A stretch of DNA of 64,000 bases from Deinococcota bacterium (GCA_041695225.1 JBGFRI010000046.1:32001-96000); one strand, 5' to 3'; positions 1-10,913 are shown, counted from the stretch's first letter. Numbers and translations: made by a program. The notes: a model not told the origin generated them from the sequence alone.

Positions 1-170
1 GGTGGCTCTCGGATTGCAGGCCAGACAGGTTTGCCGCATAAGCCTTCCGGGCCAGGGCCGGGCTCATTTTGTACCGGGACTAAAGTCAGACGTACAAAAA
101 CCAGGTTTGATTGGCTCTCGATGGGTTTTTTCCTAGATTCCCCTCAGAGTTGTGGGCTACACTGAGCAAT

Positions 171-3100
171 GTGTGGCTATGGCGCTGGGTTCCGGTATTT
201 TTGCTCCTGCTGCTGGCGGGACTCCCGGCGTTTCCTCCACTGATTAACCTGGTCTTGCAGGAAGGGCTAAGGGCGGCTGGTATCAGCGGGCAGTGGCAGG
301 CAGTGGGGGGCTACCTGCTTGGCGGTATCGAGTTGCGTGGGGCCAGACTTGAAGGCACTGGATTCAGGGTCGAAGCCCAGCGACTGCGCGTAGGGTACAA
401 CCTGCTAAGCTTGCAGCGCCGTGAACTGCCTCTGCGGATATTGCTCGAAGAGGGTCATGCCTATTTACGGTGGGAAGCCATCATCCCCGAACAACGCCCG
501 CCTGCGGCGCCGTTGCCCATCGGGTTGCGGGTAGACGAACTGGCGCTAAAGAACGTGAGCGTACAGATTGAAGAGAGTCAGAAGTTTGTCCTGCCTACCC
601 TGCGGGCTACGGTGCGCGGCAGCGGCCCCTACCAGGTTGAAGTAAAGCTTCCCGACGGAAAACTCAGTGCTACAGTGAGCCGCACCGGTCGGGAGTTTGA
701 GTCCTGGCAGATTGAGGCCAGGGGCGATTTGCGGGCGGCACGCTACTGGTTTGATGGTTTTGAGTCTGGCCGGCTTCAGGGTACCTGGACCATTGGCCCC
801 GGGGTAAAGAATGGCATTCAGGGCAGGAACCAGATCAAAGACGCTACCGTCAATATAGCCGGATTTACGCTCAGTGACATTTTTGGCAGCGCCGATTTTG
901 ATGGGCGGCTGCTTACCGCCAACCTGATGGGCCGTGGTCTGGACGGCCCCCTAAAAAGCTCGGCCACGGTGGATCTGCAAAACCAGGAGTACCGCTTTCG
1001 GCTAGAAGCAAACCCTACTCTGAAGGCCCTGGCGGAAAATTTTGGCCTGCAACTGCCAGTGAGCGGGGGAGGGCCGCTGGTGCTGGAGGGCCGTGGCTGG
1101 CAAAATATGGTGATTAGCGGGCGATACAGTGGCGAGGGACGCCTGCTGGACCAGCCCCTTACCTACGAGGGCACACTGGCCTTCGACCAGACATTTAGCC
1201 TTGATACTGTGGTGGACGGGGCTTTTTTCGACCGGACCTATCAGGCTGCTGTAGCCCTGCGCAATACCGATGAGTACACCGTTACGCTGCGGGACTCTTT
1301 ACGCAGTAGCCTGCAGCTGAGGGGAAAGGGCGCGAGCACCCAGGCCGAAGGTACGCTGGTCTGGCCGCGCCCCCTGCAAGGAGAGGCCAGGTTGAAGTTT
1401 GCCAGTACCGGGCCGGAATGGAGCCTGGGGGTGGAGTCAGAAAGTGTCGGTCTACCTACCGCCAGACCCTTCAGCCTGTCCGGTGGCCTGCAAGGCCGGG
1501 GTTCTGCGGTACAGGGCCAGCTTGGGGCAGTGAACCTTAGCGGAACCTGGGAGGACCTGCAGCTACAGCTTTCGGGCCTGGGGATGCTGGTGGGTCAGCT
1601 TAGCGGACGGGCCAGATTAGATGCAGGGCGGTTTAGCGGTGAGTTCAGCTATGATTCGCCCTACACTCGCTTTCCCATTAAAGTCCGGCAGGACGGCCCA
1701 GCCTGGCGGCTTTTTAACCAGTGGGCCGATGGGGTGTTTCGCGACGGCGTTTTCACCCTGGGGGTACGTGCGCTGCCCCTGCAAATCGTGGAAGATTTTG
1801 AGCTTTCGGGCGATCTGCGCTACGGCGAGGGCGGGCTTTCGGGCAGCTGGAACTTGCAGAGTGAACGGGTGAGCCTGGAGGGCGAGCTGTTTGACCTGGC
1901 TACGCGCTTCGGGGGCGAAGTGCGCTCTCCCTTCCGTGTTTTGCCGCTTAGCGGCACCGCTGACAGCACGGGACTACAGGCCAGGCTCGATACCCTAAGT
2001 ATTACCGCAGATGCGGCCAGAGGGCTATGGTTGCGTGGGCCGCTGGACCTCGGCCAGCAGATTCGCCTGGAGTCGAACCTGGGCGTGCAGGACTCAGTCT
2101 ACCAGGGGGAGCTGCGCTTTGATTCACCGTGGCTGAGAGGAGCTGTGCAGGGTCGCAACACTATGCTCTGGGCCACCCTCGATGGCTGGGCCCAGCTTTC
2201 GGGCCCGGTCTGGCCCAACACCGCCCTTAGCGGACAACTGACCCTGCCGCTATCCGGTGCGGTGGAGGTACCCGCTCTGCCGCTGCAGGTGAGCCGCACC
2301 CAGGTGAGCTGGCCCGGTGGGCGGGTGGAACTGAAGGCCGGGCTTCCCTTTGCAGGCGCCTTGCCGCTGCGGGTCAATCAGGAACCCGGCAGCCTGAGGG
2401 CAAGCGGTAACATCGAGCGCGGAAGCCTCGAGCTGCACACCCCCTTCGGCACGGTAAACGGCGAGGGTGCCTGGCGCGATCTGGCCGTGCGAGGCAGTCT
2501 GGGTTTTGCCGGGTATACCGGCGAACTGCGGGGTAGAGCCGATCTCTTTGGTCTGGCCTACCAGGGGCGGCTGGACATCCCCAGGCTTCAGGGTGGGCTT
2601 CAGTTCAAAGGCCGCAGCACCAGTCTGGGTTTTTCTGGGCAGTTTCAGGATGGCCGCCTGACCCTCGAGGGTGATTATCGCCTGCAGGTAGACTCCCTTG
2701 CAGAGCAGGACGACCCCTTGCGCCTGCTGGAAGGACTGCGCCTGCGGCTGGCCGCAAACAATTACGATCTGTCCGGCTGGGGCGTGCCGGGAGCCCTGAG
2801 CGGAAACTGGTCCGAGCGCGGCGGGCGCCTTAGCCTGGATACGCCTTATGGACAGGCCCAGATTAGTGGCCATAGCTTGCTGGGGCCGGTTAGCCTGGAA
2901 GCCCAGAGCCCTTATGGCACGCTACGGGGCGTGCTCAGTCGCGAAGCCGTTGTCTTGCGGGGCGTTTTGCAGCTACCTTATCTGAGCGGTACGGTTGATG
3001 TCTCTGGCCCTTGGAATAACCTCGAGGCCAGAGGCCAGGGCCGCTACGCCTTACCGTATCTAAAGCCCCTACCCTGGCAGCTCAGCGCCAACCTGAACGA

Positions 3101-6100
3101 ACAGACCTGGAAGCTGGAAGGGCCGCTAGAGCTTCAGGGTAAGGGAGTGTCTTACTCGGGCCGGGTGAACTGGCCCTACCAGGTGATGGAGCGTTCCGGG
3201 GTTCTGGAGGGCAGTCTGGAAGGTCAGAGCCTGCGGCTACAAGCGAGCCTTGACACTACATTTGACGGGCTTCCCCTTAGCGCTGCAATTCGGGCCGACG
3301 GGGCCGATCCAGACCTTTTACGCGCCACCATCACCACGCCCGGGGGCCAGATACAGGTCGCTCGACAGCAGGCGGTATTTGACCTTGAGACCGCACCGCT
3401 GGCCCGCGTCTTTGGCGCCGATGTGCAGGGTCGTGTGAGCGGAAACCTCGATCTGCAGGCCCGTGGTGAGGTGACGGGTCAGTTGCTGGTCTTTGGTCAG
3501 CAGGTTGCGCTGGACTACCGCGACCGTTCACTATCGGCTTTTTTGCCGCAGCGCCAGGCCGGGGTGGTGCTAGTGTTCGAGCCGGGCCGTGACCCCAGGG
3601 TGCTGGGCGCGGGTGAACTCGAAGGCGAGATCTCCTTGGGCCAGCAGCTTCAGGGCTGGCTCTCCTACCAGGCGCAAGACCTGAACCTGAGGGCCCAGAT
3701 TAGCGGCTCCCGCCTGCGGCCCGAGTTTCGGCTTCAGGCCAGTACCCCTATGGCCCAGATAGCCGCGCAGGGTAACTATGCTATTGAGCAGGGCCGAGGG
3801 CAGGCCCAGCTTCAGCTTCAGAGTGAGTACGCCAGGGCCAGTCTGGAGCTTTCCAGCCTTGGCAGCACTTTCCAGGCCCATGGGTCTTTGGAAAGCCTGC
3901 AGTACTTTCGCCAGTCTGGTCCCGTGCGTCTGTCGGGCGAGGGGTCTCGATGGAGGCTGTCCTGGGCCGCGCCCATGCGCATAGAAGCCCAGGGACAGGC
4001 CACCAGTCTGGAAAATGTGCGCCTGGCCGGACGCGGCAGCCTGGAGGTGGGGGAGCGTAGCTTTGCCCTGTCGGGCAGCATGTCCCTGCTGGGCGAGACT
4101 TTTGAGGGGCAGATGCAGGTAAAGGGGGAGCAGACCGACCTGGAGCTTCTGGGGCAGAACCAGACCTTACTAGCCCGTGGAACTGTCTATGAGGCCCAGA
4201 TTGTGGCCCGCACCAGCCGCCGCGGAGATCTGAGCGGTCAGGTTAGCTATGCCCGCACCCTGGGGGCCAGCACCCTGAAAGCCAGTGGAACCCTGGCCGG
4301 AACCCTGTTCGAGCCGGAGCTGTCGGGCCAGGGCACCCTGAGCGGGCGCGGGGCCGAGGTAGCGCTGCGTTTTGGTTATCAGGATCAGCTCTGGGCCGAA
4401 GCCACGGGTGCTGGGCTTTCGGCCAGCTTTGCCCAGGGGGTGGTCAGGCTTGCCATTGACAGCGATCTGGAGCCCTTTGTGGGGCTGCCCATTCGCCTAC
4501 AGACCAAGGGTGAAGGGGCCTGGGAAACCCTGCGGCTGCCGCTGGTCTTGCGCGGGCCCAACCTCGATGCTACCGGCTCGGCTTTTCCGGCCAGGCTACA
4601 GGCCCAGATTGCCGGGCGCTACGAGAAACAACGCTTTGACCTTAATTTTGACCAGCAGCTAGAGCTGCGCCTGGATGGCCCCTATGCTACCGGTACTGTC
4701 AGGTGGCTGGGCTACGCACCCAGCGGATCGCTGCTGCTCGACCTCCCGCTGCCTGGCGGGCGTCTGGTGGGGCAGGCCAGCCTGGATCAAGGCCGGGTGG
4801 AGCTCGAGGGCCGCGAGGGCTGGCAGGGCAGTCTGCGCGCGATGCTGCGCGAGGGCTGGCGCCAGCCCACCCGCTGGCAGCTCGAGGCTACCCTTCATGG
4901 CCAGCTGGGTGATACCCGCACCTCTGGCGGTGCATCCTCTACTTTGCAACAGACCGGCCTGCGCGCACCCGATAGCCTGGGTCTGCAAGGCCGCTTCGAA
5001 CTCGACGCCTCGCCACTAGTCTTGCGGGGCAGCGCTCAGGTGTTGCTGCCGGAATGGGGGGCGGTGCAGCTTAGCGCCCAGGGCAGCGAAATTGACCTGC
5101 GGGGTCTGGCCGAGCTGGCCCCCTTGAGCGGGCGTGTGCGGCTCAACCCCTTCCAGGTCGCCTGGTCATACAACGGTGAGTTGCCGCACGGCCTGGGCAG
5201 TCTTCAGGCCCGGGGAACCTATCCCGGCCGGTGGATGGTTGGGGGGTACCAGCTGGCAGGCCAGACCGTCAGCCTCGAGGGCCAGGGCGACGAGCTGCGC
5301 CTGAGCGCGCCCGGGCTCGAGTCAACCCTCACCCTAAAGGGAGTCCAGGCCCGGCTGGAGAACTACAACCTGGGTGGCCTTCGCCTCAGCGGCGTTGTGG
5401 CGGGACAATGGAACGCGCTCCAGACTACCCTGGGCTGGGAAGCCTTTGGCCGCAAGGGCCAGGTGGAAGCAGCCTGGCGACAGAACCAACTCCAGGCCAG
5501 CCTCCGAGGTGATCTGGCCGGCTCGCTTGCCTTCGACCAGACCTGGTCGGGTCAACTCGACTTCCGCGAAGGCAGTCTGCGCCTGTCCGGCACCGGGATT
5601 CCGGTAGTGGAGGGCGAGGTTTTGGGGCTGGCCCTGCGGCTGCGCTATCCGCTCCTGCAGGTGGCATCTGTCCCGGAGGGCCCCGGCCAGCCCAACCCCA
5701 GCATGACCATCAACCTTTCCGAGCGTAGCGCGACGGGCGGCCTAACCCTGCGCGGGGTAGAGGTGCGCGGCCAGGGGTCAGAGCTAAAGGCGGTCTACCC
5801 CTTTGCCGGGGGCCGTCTGGTCTCGGGCATTGACCTGCAAACCCTTGCGGTGCGCCTGGCAGCGCCTGAGCTGGGGCCCGGTGAGCTACGCTTTCATCAG
5901 GGCCAGCTTAGCGGTCGGCTCGATGTGCTGGCCTACGGGCTGGACCTGCGCCTGGAGGGTGCGGGTGACCAGGCCCGGCTTCGCATGGTTCATCCCGAGA
6001 CCGCCTGGCTGCCCTGGAAAAGTGGGGTTTTGCAGGGGCAGCTTGGCCTGGACGGAAGCTGGCAGCTGGTCTACCGCGATGCCCAGGAGAAACAGCAGAT

Positions 6101-8537
6101 CGAAGCGGCAGGGCACCTGCTTGCGGCCCGGCTAAACGCCAGCGGACCCTGGCTTCAGGGCCAGATGGTTCACTCAGCCCCAGCAGGTCAGAGCGACTGG
6201 CAGGGGAGCCTGAAAGCCAGTATGCCGCTGGAGCCGCTGGCTAGCCGCCTGCAGACGACCATTACCGGCAACGGAGCCCTGGCAGCCAAAGGCAGCTTGA
6301 GCGGTGACCTGGGCCGCCTGGAACTTGAGGCTAGCCTGACCCCGGATGGCCCGCGGGCCCGGGCCGGTTTTAGCGACCTCTTGCTCGAGGAGATCCCCCA
6401 GGTGGCTAACCTGTTGCCTTTTGTGGCCGGGCGGGCCAGTGGAACGGTTGAGTACAGTGGGGGGAAGATTGAGTACAGCCTCTTTAGCCCGGCGCTGCAG
6501 GTAAAAGGCGACGATCTGGCACTGGCCACACGTCTGGAGGGCTCGTTTAGCAACAACCAGCTGCGCGCAAACCTCAGCTTCGAACGCGCCAGCAGCCAGG
6601 GAGCGCTGGGCCAGAACGGCGCCCTGGGTTTCCAGCGCACCACGGCCAGCATAAAGTTAGAAAATGGTATCCTGAGTGGGGAAGCCAACGCGGCTGCCTT
6701 TCCACTACACTGGTTGTTTTCTACCTGGGCCGGCGACCTGGCTGGGCAGGCTTTCTGGACGGGCAAGACCAGCTTTAGCATCAATACCCGCGACCCCTGG
6801 GCCTCCCGGGGCATCTGGGTGGGAGAGTATCTGCGCTTCCAGGGCGGGGGCGATACCCTGGTGGGTAGGGCGGCTTTGCGCTTTGAGCGGGAGCGGTTGT
6901 ACATAGACCAGCTTGGACTCTCGGGCAAAGGCAGCTGGAGCGGCAGCGGCTTTTTGGGGCGGCAGGGAAGCAACCTGCGGCTGGATCTGGAAAATACCTC
7001 CTTTACCCCGGTATTGCAGGTGATTCCCAACCTTAAGCCCCTTACCCCCGAGGCCAGTGGAACCCTGCGGCTAGCCGCCAGCGGACAGGTTCTTGACCTG
7101 ACCCTGGAAAACTTTGGCTTCAGACTGGGGCCGGTACGGGCCGAGACGCCTAAAGCGGTGTTGCGGGTGGGTGAGACTGCCAGCGCAGAGGGGCGTATCA
7201 AACTTACCGCACCCTTCCCTGCCGAAGCCCAGCTCTCCGGCGAAGGCAACCTTAGCAACTTTACCGTGCGGGCCAGGGGTCAGGCCAATTTACCGCTTCT
7301 GAGCCCCGACGAACCCTTCAATCTAAGTTTCAACTACCCGGCCTTCACGGTGGATGCTGCCCTACAAAGGCAAGACGCTCGGCTGTTTGGCACAATCTTT
7401 CCCCAGCTAGTCCTGACGCTGGTAGGAGAGGTTCCGGTTAGCTATCCCCGCTTTTTCCTGTTGGACGGATTACTTGATACCAACCTGATTCTGCGGTACC
7501 AGCGCGGGGCCTATATTGTGCAGGGCTCCGCCGAGGTGATACGGGCGCGGCTGGGTTTTCCCCAGGGGCAGCGCGAGCTCAGTATCGCGGTTCCTCCCGA
7601 GCCGGGAGCCCGTGCGGCCAATCAGATGCCGGTAGAGTTTAACAACGTGCGCATCAGGGCCGAGCGCGGGGTTTTGATCCAGGAGGCCCTGGCACAGGGC
7701 GAGCTGGCTGGCGAAGTTTTTCTCAGTGGCGATTTTGCCAACCCCTTCCTTTCCGGCGAGGTGGTGCCACTGCGGGGCAGCTTCAGGCTCTGGGACCGCG
7801 ACTTTACCATCCGGGATCGCCTACCCGGCGAGCGAAGCTATGCCCGCTTTAGCCCTGCGGCCGGCATCTTACCCGAACTGCAGATTGTTGCCGACACCGT
7901 GGTGATAGACCGGGGCCAGGATAACCGCCGGATACAGGTCAACCTGACCCTAAAGGGTGCCTTTGTCCGACAGAATGATCGGATAAGGGTCAACCTCACA
8001 CCCAGCTTTGTCGCCCGATTTAATAACGAGATCGCCCACAGGGATGACGGGCAGCCCTATACCGATGCCGATGTATATGCCTTGTTGCTGCTGGGCCGCT
8101 CCGACCTCTCGGCGCTGCCTGCCGATATTGCCCAGACCGGCCTGCAGGCAGTGCAGAGCTTTATCGTGGGTCAGCTCGAGCGGGAGCTGGCGCAGGCCCT
8201 AGGACTGGACCAGGTCAGGGTGGAGATTCCCGCGCTCAATGGCGGCGCCATCGCGGAGACCCGCTTCACCATTGGGCGCTACCTTTTGCCAGAGCTGTTT
8301 TTCGCCTATACGGTGGATTTGCGCGGCTACCAAACGGTCTTTGCTGAATTTCAGCAGGGTGACTACCGCCTGCGTTTTAGCAGTGAAGTTTTTCCCAGGC
8401 CTCGGCCCGAGCTCTCCATCGGCTATGCCATCCGGCCGCTAGGGGCCGACCTCACCTTCGAGATCGCTACCGGCCTGGGGGACGGCTTCCGCACCGATGG
8501 GGTCAGGTTCGGTCTGGGCCTCACCTTCCGTTACTAA
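171..8537 (+). CDS. tamB: Giant TamB/AsmA-like (DUF490) envelope bridge protein
   Basis: ORF of ~2790 aa with an N-terminal hydrophobic anchor, a repetitive Gly/Leu-rich beta-strand body and a TamB-like C-terminus (GRYLLPELFFAY ... GVRFGLGLTFRY). GTG at 171 lies 7 nt after TACACT (leaderless pattern); the ORF track starts at 111. Confidence 0.8.
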   Translation: MWLWRWVPVFLLLLLAGLPAFPPLINLVLQEGLRAAGISGQWQAVGGYLLGGIELRGARLEGTGFRVEAQRLRVGYNLLSLQRRELPLRILLEEGHAYLRWEAIIPEQRPPAAPLPIGLRVDELALKNVSVQIEESQKFVLPTLRATVRGSGPYQVEVKLPDGKLSATVSRTGREFESWQIEARGDLRAARYWFDGFESGRLQGTWTIGPGVKNGIQGRNQIKDATVNIAGFTLSDIFGSADFDGRLLTANLMGRGLDGPLKSSATVDLQNQEYRFRLEANPTLKALAENFGLQLPVSGGGPLVLEGRGWQNMVISGRYSGEGRLLDQPLTYEGTLAFDQTFSLDTVVDGAFFDRTYQAAVALRNTDEYTVTLRDSLRSSLQLRGKGASTQAEGTLVWPRPLQGEARLKFASTGPEWSLGVESESVGLPTARPFSLSGGLQGRGSAVQGQLGAVNLSGTWEDLQLQLSGLGMLVGQLSGRARLDAGRFSGEFSYDSPYTRFPIKVRQDGPAWRLFNQWADGVFRDGVFTLGVRALPLQIVEDFELSGDLRYGEGGLSGSWNLQSERVSLEGELFDLATRFGGEVRSPFRVLPLSGTADSTGLQARLDTLSITADAARGLWLRGPLDLGQQIRLESNLGVQDSVYQGELRFDSPWLRGAVQGRNTMLWATLDGWAQLSGPVWPNTALSGQLTLPLSGAVEVPALPLQVSRTQVSWPGGRVELKAGLPFAGALPLRVNQEPGSLRASGNIERGSLELHTPFGTVNGEGAWRDLAVRGSLGFAGYTGELRGRADLFGLAYQGRLDIPRLQGGLQFKGRSTSLGFSGQFQDGRLTLEGDYRLQVDSLAEQDDPLRLLEGLRLRLAANNYDLSGWGVPGALSGNWSERGGRLSLDTPYGQAQISGHSLLGPVSLEAQSPYGTLRGVLSREAVVLRGVLQLPYLSGTVDVSGPWNNLEARGQGRYALPYLKPLPWQLSANLNEQTWKLEGPLELQGKGVSYSGRVNWPYQVMERSGVLEGSLEGQSLRLQASLDTTFDGLPLSAAIRADGADPDLLRATITTPGGQIQVARQQAVFDLETAPLARVFGADVQGRVSGNLDLQARGEVTGQLLVFGQQVALDYRDRSLSAFLPQRQAGVVLVFEPGRDPRVLGAGELEGEISLGQQLQGWLSYQAQDLNLRAQISGSRLRPEFRLQASTPMAQIAAQGNYAIEQGRGQAQLQLQSEYARASLELSSLGSTFQAHGSLESLQYFRQSGPVRLSGEGSRWRLSWAAPMRIEAQGQATSLENVRLAGRGSLEVGERSFALSGSMSLLGETFEGQMQVKGEQTDLELLGQNQTLLARGTVYEAQIVARTSRRGDLSGQVSYARTLGASTLKASGTLAGTLFEPELSGQGTLSGRGAEVALRFGYQDQLWAEATGAGLSASFAQGVVRLAIDSDLEPFVGLPIRLQTKGEGAWETLRLPLVLRGPNLDATGSAFPARLQAQIAGRYEKQRFDLNFDQQLELRLDGPYATGTVRWLGYAPSGSLLLDLPLPGGRLVGQASLDQGRVELEGREGWQGSLRAMLREGWRQPTRWQLEATLHGQLGDTRTSGGASSTLQQTGLRAPDSLGLQGRFELDASPLVLRGSAQVLLPEWGAVQLSAQGSEIDLRGLAELAPLSGRVRLNPFQVAWSYNGELPHGLGSLQARGTYPGRWMVGGYQLAGQTVSLEGQGDELRLSAPGLESTLTLKGVQARLENYNLGGLRLSGVVAGQWNALQTTLGWEAFGRKGQVEAAWRQNQLQASLRGDLAGSLAFDQTWSGQLDFREGSLRLSGTGIPVVEGEVLGLALRLRYPLLQVASVPEGPGQPNPSMTINLSERSATGGLTLRGVEVRGQGSELKAVYPFAGGRLVSGIDLQTLAVRLAAPELGPGELRFHQGQLSGRLDVLAYGLDLRLEGAGDQARLRMVHPETAWLPWKSGVLQGQLGLDGSWQLVYRDAQEKQQIEAAGHLLAARLNASGPWLQGQMVHSAPAGQSDWQGSLKASMPLEPLASRLQTTITGNGALAAKGSLSGDLGRLELEASLTPDGPRARAGFSDLLLEEIPQVANLLPFVAGRASGTVEYSGGKIEYSLFSPALQVKGDDLALATRLEGSFSNNQLRANLSFERASSQGALGQNGALGFQRTTASIKLENGILSGEANAAAFPLHWLFSTWAGDLAGQAFWTGKTSFSINTRDPWASRGIWVGEYLRFQGGGDTLVGRAALRFERERLYIDQLGLSGKGSWSGSGFLGRQGSNLRLDLENTSFTPVLQVIPNLKPLTPEASGTLRLAASGQVLDLTLENFGFRLGPVRAETPKAVLRVGETASAEGRIKLTAPFPAEAQLSGEGNLSNFTVRARGQANLPLLSPDEPFNLSFNYPAFTVDAALQRQDARLFGTIFPQLVLTLVGEVPVSYPRFFLLDGLLDTNLILRYQRGAYIVQGSAEVIRARLGFPQGQRELSIAVPPEPGARAANQMPVEFNNVRIRAERGVLIQEALAQGELAGEVFLSGDFANPFLSGEVVPLRGSFRLWDRDFTIRDRLPGERSYARFSPAAGILPELQIVADTVVIDRGQDNRRIQVNLTLKGAFVRQNDRIRVNLTPSFVARFNNEIAHRDDGQPYTDADVYALLLLGRSDLSALPADIAQTGLQAVQSFIVGQLERELAQALGLDQVRVEIPALNGGAIAETRFTIGRYLLPELFFAYTVDLRGYQTVFAEFQQGDYRLRFSSEVFPRPRPELSIGYAIRPLGADLTFEIATGLGDGFRTDGVRFGLGLTFRY

Positions 8538-9729
8538 ACTGAGCATCCTGCTCGAGGTGGGGTCTGGGCTTTGGACCATATTTGTTCAGGATAGTTTCCC
8601 GGCTGATATAGACCAGTTCGGCCGGAGTAATGAGCAGACGGAGCGCAATCTCACCGCGATATAGCCAGACGAACCAGGCGGTGGTGACTCTGGACTGCAA
8701 ATCTACGGCTTTGGGAACCGGATGGGTCTTGAAGCCAAGGGCCTGGGCTCCTGGTCCCAGGTAGCTGTGGCCAAACAAAAACTGTATCTCGGGATGACCT
8801 TCCAGAAAGTTTGCAATCTCCTTTAAGGTCTCGCGGGAGGCCAGCAAAACCTGCACGGGTGTCATGGCAGCCAGGCGGGCCGACTCGAAGTGAATCTGCG
8901 CGCAAAGGGTTCCTTTGGGATATTCGGGCAGCTCGGGGCCAGGGTAAGGCCGGATCTCCAGGCGCAGGACATGGTTGTAGCGATAGCTTACCCTGATGCA
9001 ACCAACCTGCTGGTCGTAGCGTTCCTCCAGGCCCTGATTAATCCGGATCAAGCCCTGGCGCGGGCCCAGTGGCTTTAGCTTTAGTTGGTCCATTCGGACT
9101 GACTGATATCCATGTTCCACCAGCTGCGGCAAGAGTAGCTCCAGCACCTTGAGGGTGCGCACCGGGCCGTCGTGCAACAGCACAACCGAACCGCCTTTGA
9201 GGTAAAACAGCACTCGCTTTACCAGCTGTTCGGCTGGTTTATCTAGCCAGTCCTGCGACTCTATATCCCACAAGGCTACCTGTTTACCCTGCATCCAGGC
9301 TAAAAGACGTGTGAAGGGCGTGTGAATGCCCCAGGGAGGCCGGTATAGTCTGCCAGGGCTTCTGTGCAACTGCACCCACTCCGTCCAGGGCGGCATAAGC
9401 ACTGCGGGACGATGCCAGTAACCGTGGGCTTCAATCTGATGCCCTGCCAGCCGTATCTTTTCTACCAGGTCGGGCCGCTCTTCGGCCCGTTGACCGGTAA
9501 GAAAAAAAGTGGCCTTAAGGTTGTACTTTCGCAGCAGCAAGAGGATCGCCTCGGTCTGGTGCGAAGGACCGTCGTCGAAGGTCAGGGCCACCCTGGGGTC
9601 GGCGCGACTACCCCAGGCCACAGCCCCCAGACCCATCCAGCGTCCCAGGACCTCTGCCAGCCCGTATGCCAGCAGCAGGGCCACAATGGCCGAACCAATC
9701 AGTGTTGCGATCTCCACCAGGGCCTCCAC
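8521..9729 (-). CDS. Membrane-anchored polysaccharide deacetylase (NodB/CE4) fused to a YkoP-like C-terminal domain
   Basis: CE4 motifs TFDDGP, HGYWH, YRPPWG, WDIESQDW and LLHDG follow an N-terminal TM helix. The last ~170 aa (IHFESARL ... HPEIQFLFGHSYLGPGAQALGF) resemble YkoP. Start moved to the in-frame GTG at 9729. Confidence 0.8.
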   Translation of the reverse strand: MEALVEIATLIGSAIVALLLAYGLAEVLGRWMGLGAVAWGSRADPRVALTFDDGPSHQTEAILLLLRKYNLKATFFLTGQRAEERPDLVEKIRLAGHQIEAHGYWHRPAVLMPPWTEWVQLHRSPGRLYRPPWGIHTPFTRLLAWMQGKQVALWDIESQDWLDKPAEQLVKRVLFYLKGGSVVLLHDGPVRTLKVLELLLPQLVEHGYQSVRMDQLKLKPLGPRQGLIRINQGLEERYDQQVGCIRVSYRYNHVLRLEIRPYPGPELPEYPKGTLCAQIHFESARLAAMTPVQVLLASRETLKEIANFLEGHPEIQFLFGHSYLGPGAQALGFKTHPVPKAVDLQSRVTTAWFVWLYRGEIALRLLITPAELVYISRETILNKYGPKPRPHLEQDAQFSNGR

Positions 9730-10880
9730 AATGCCACCACGTAGAACACACTGAGTAAGAGCATAATTACCCCTCCAGCAAAGAAAGGCGTACTGTTGGC
9801 AACTGCCGCCGCCAGAACGCCCCCTACCGCAGGGCCAGTAGCATGGCCAAGCCCCTCGACCGTCATCAGGGTACCCCAGGCCGCGGCCCGGTTGTTTTTG
9901 GGCAGCAGCCGCACCAGCAGTGCATTCCAGGCTGGGCCAAAGCAACCAAAACCAATTCCGCCGATTACGGCCAGTAGTAGCAACACCGGGAGTCCCGGCT
10001 TCAAGCCCAGGCCAATCATGGCAAGGCCAATCAGCAGCAGGCCCACAATAAGCAGCCCGCGGGGGCCTTTGCGGTCTGCGTAACGGCCTGTCCAGATGAG
10101 CAAAACTGTAGCGATAACACCGCCCAGAACAATCAGTATGGTTATCCAGAGCATACTCAGGCCCATGCCCTGGGCGTATTTGAGCAGGTAAAAGCTAAAC
10201 AAGGCCGGGGCAAAGGTCTGGCCAAATGCGGCGGGAATGAACAGCAGTAGCCGACGCCAGGGATACAGCTCCCGCCTGGGCGGACGCACTTTTTCGGGGC
10301 GGAAGATTAGCGAAAGGCCAATCAGGATCACCACAATCTGGACCCACTGGAGGACATTAAGCGCCAGACTGGGGTCGGCCTTGGTCAAAAAACCAACCCC
10401 CAGTACCCCAATCCCCGTCCAGGGGGCGGTGAGCATGTTGGTCAGGGTCACCGCCCGGCCCTCACGCCCCTGCACAGCAACCTGGCTGCTCAAGGTCATC
10501 AGGCCGGGGAAGATTGCCGAAAGCGAGACACCCCAGACCATACTAAGGCTAAAGAGCAGGACAGGCGAGTGGACATAGGGAACGAGCAAGAGGGCGGCCA
10601 GCCCCACCCCCCCACCAACCAGGGTGACAATTCCCATGCCAAGCTTTTGCGACAGGTAGCCGCCCAGGCTTTTGCTAAAACTGTCCGACAACAGGTGAAT
10701 GCTCCAGGCCGTGCCAATCACCGCCAGGGTAAAGCCCAGATTCCCTCCGTGAAGGGCCAGATAACCCGCATAAAACCCGTTCCGTACTCCTTCCAGCAAG
10801 CCCCAGGCCAGAATTAGGCGGGCTACCGGCGACAATCCTTTGAGGCGCCAGGGAGAAAGACGTTGCATCTTGAGGCGCAC
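9699..10880 (-). CDS. MFS transporter, LtaA-like (candidate glycolipid flippase)
   Basis: About 12 TM segments and MFS motif GRYADRKGPR. Polar TM1/TM2 residues (EGVRNGFY, HLLSDS) are reminiscent of the LtaA family. Lies next to glycosyltransferases. Confidence 0.75.
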   Translation of the reverse strand: MRLKMQRLSPWRLKGLSPVARLILAWGLLEGVRNGFYAGYLALHGGNLGFTLAVIGTAWSIHLLSDSFSKSLGGYLSQKLGMGIVTLVGGGVGLAALLLVPYVHSPVLLFSLSMVWGVSLSAIFPGLMTLSSQVAVQGREGRAVTLTNMLTAPWTGIGVLGVGFLTKADPSLALNVLQWVQIVVILIGLSLIFRPEKVRPPRRELYPWRRLLLFIPAAFGQTFAPALFSFYLLKYAQGMGLSMLWITILIVLGGVIATVLLIWTGRYADRKGPRGLLIVGLLLIGLAMIGLGLKPGLPVLLLLAVIGGIGFGCFGPAWNALLVRLLPKNNRAAAWGTLMTVEGLGHATGPAVGGVLAAAVANSTPFFAGGVIMLLLSVFYVVALWRPWWRSQH

Positions 10881-10913
10881 GGAATAAAGTATAGATTAAG
10901 CTACGGACTAGTC

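Noticed and set aside
6188..7258. Long antisense ORFs (also 26049-26951, 32310-33422, 55090-56001, 57131-57943)
   Set aside because: Shadow ORFs opposite well-supported genes in high-GC DNA, with no motifs.
9730..9945. N-terminal extension of the deacetylase ORF
   Set aside because: Lies inside the MFS gene and is not protein-like; GTG 9729 fits better.
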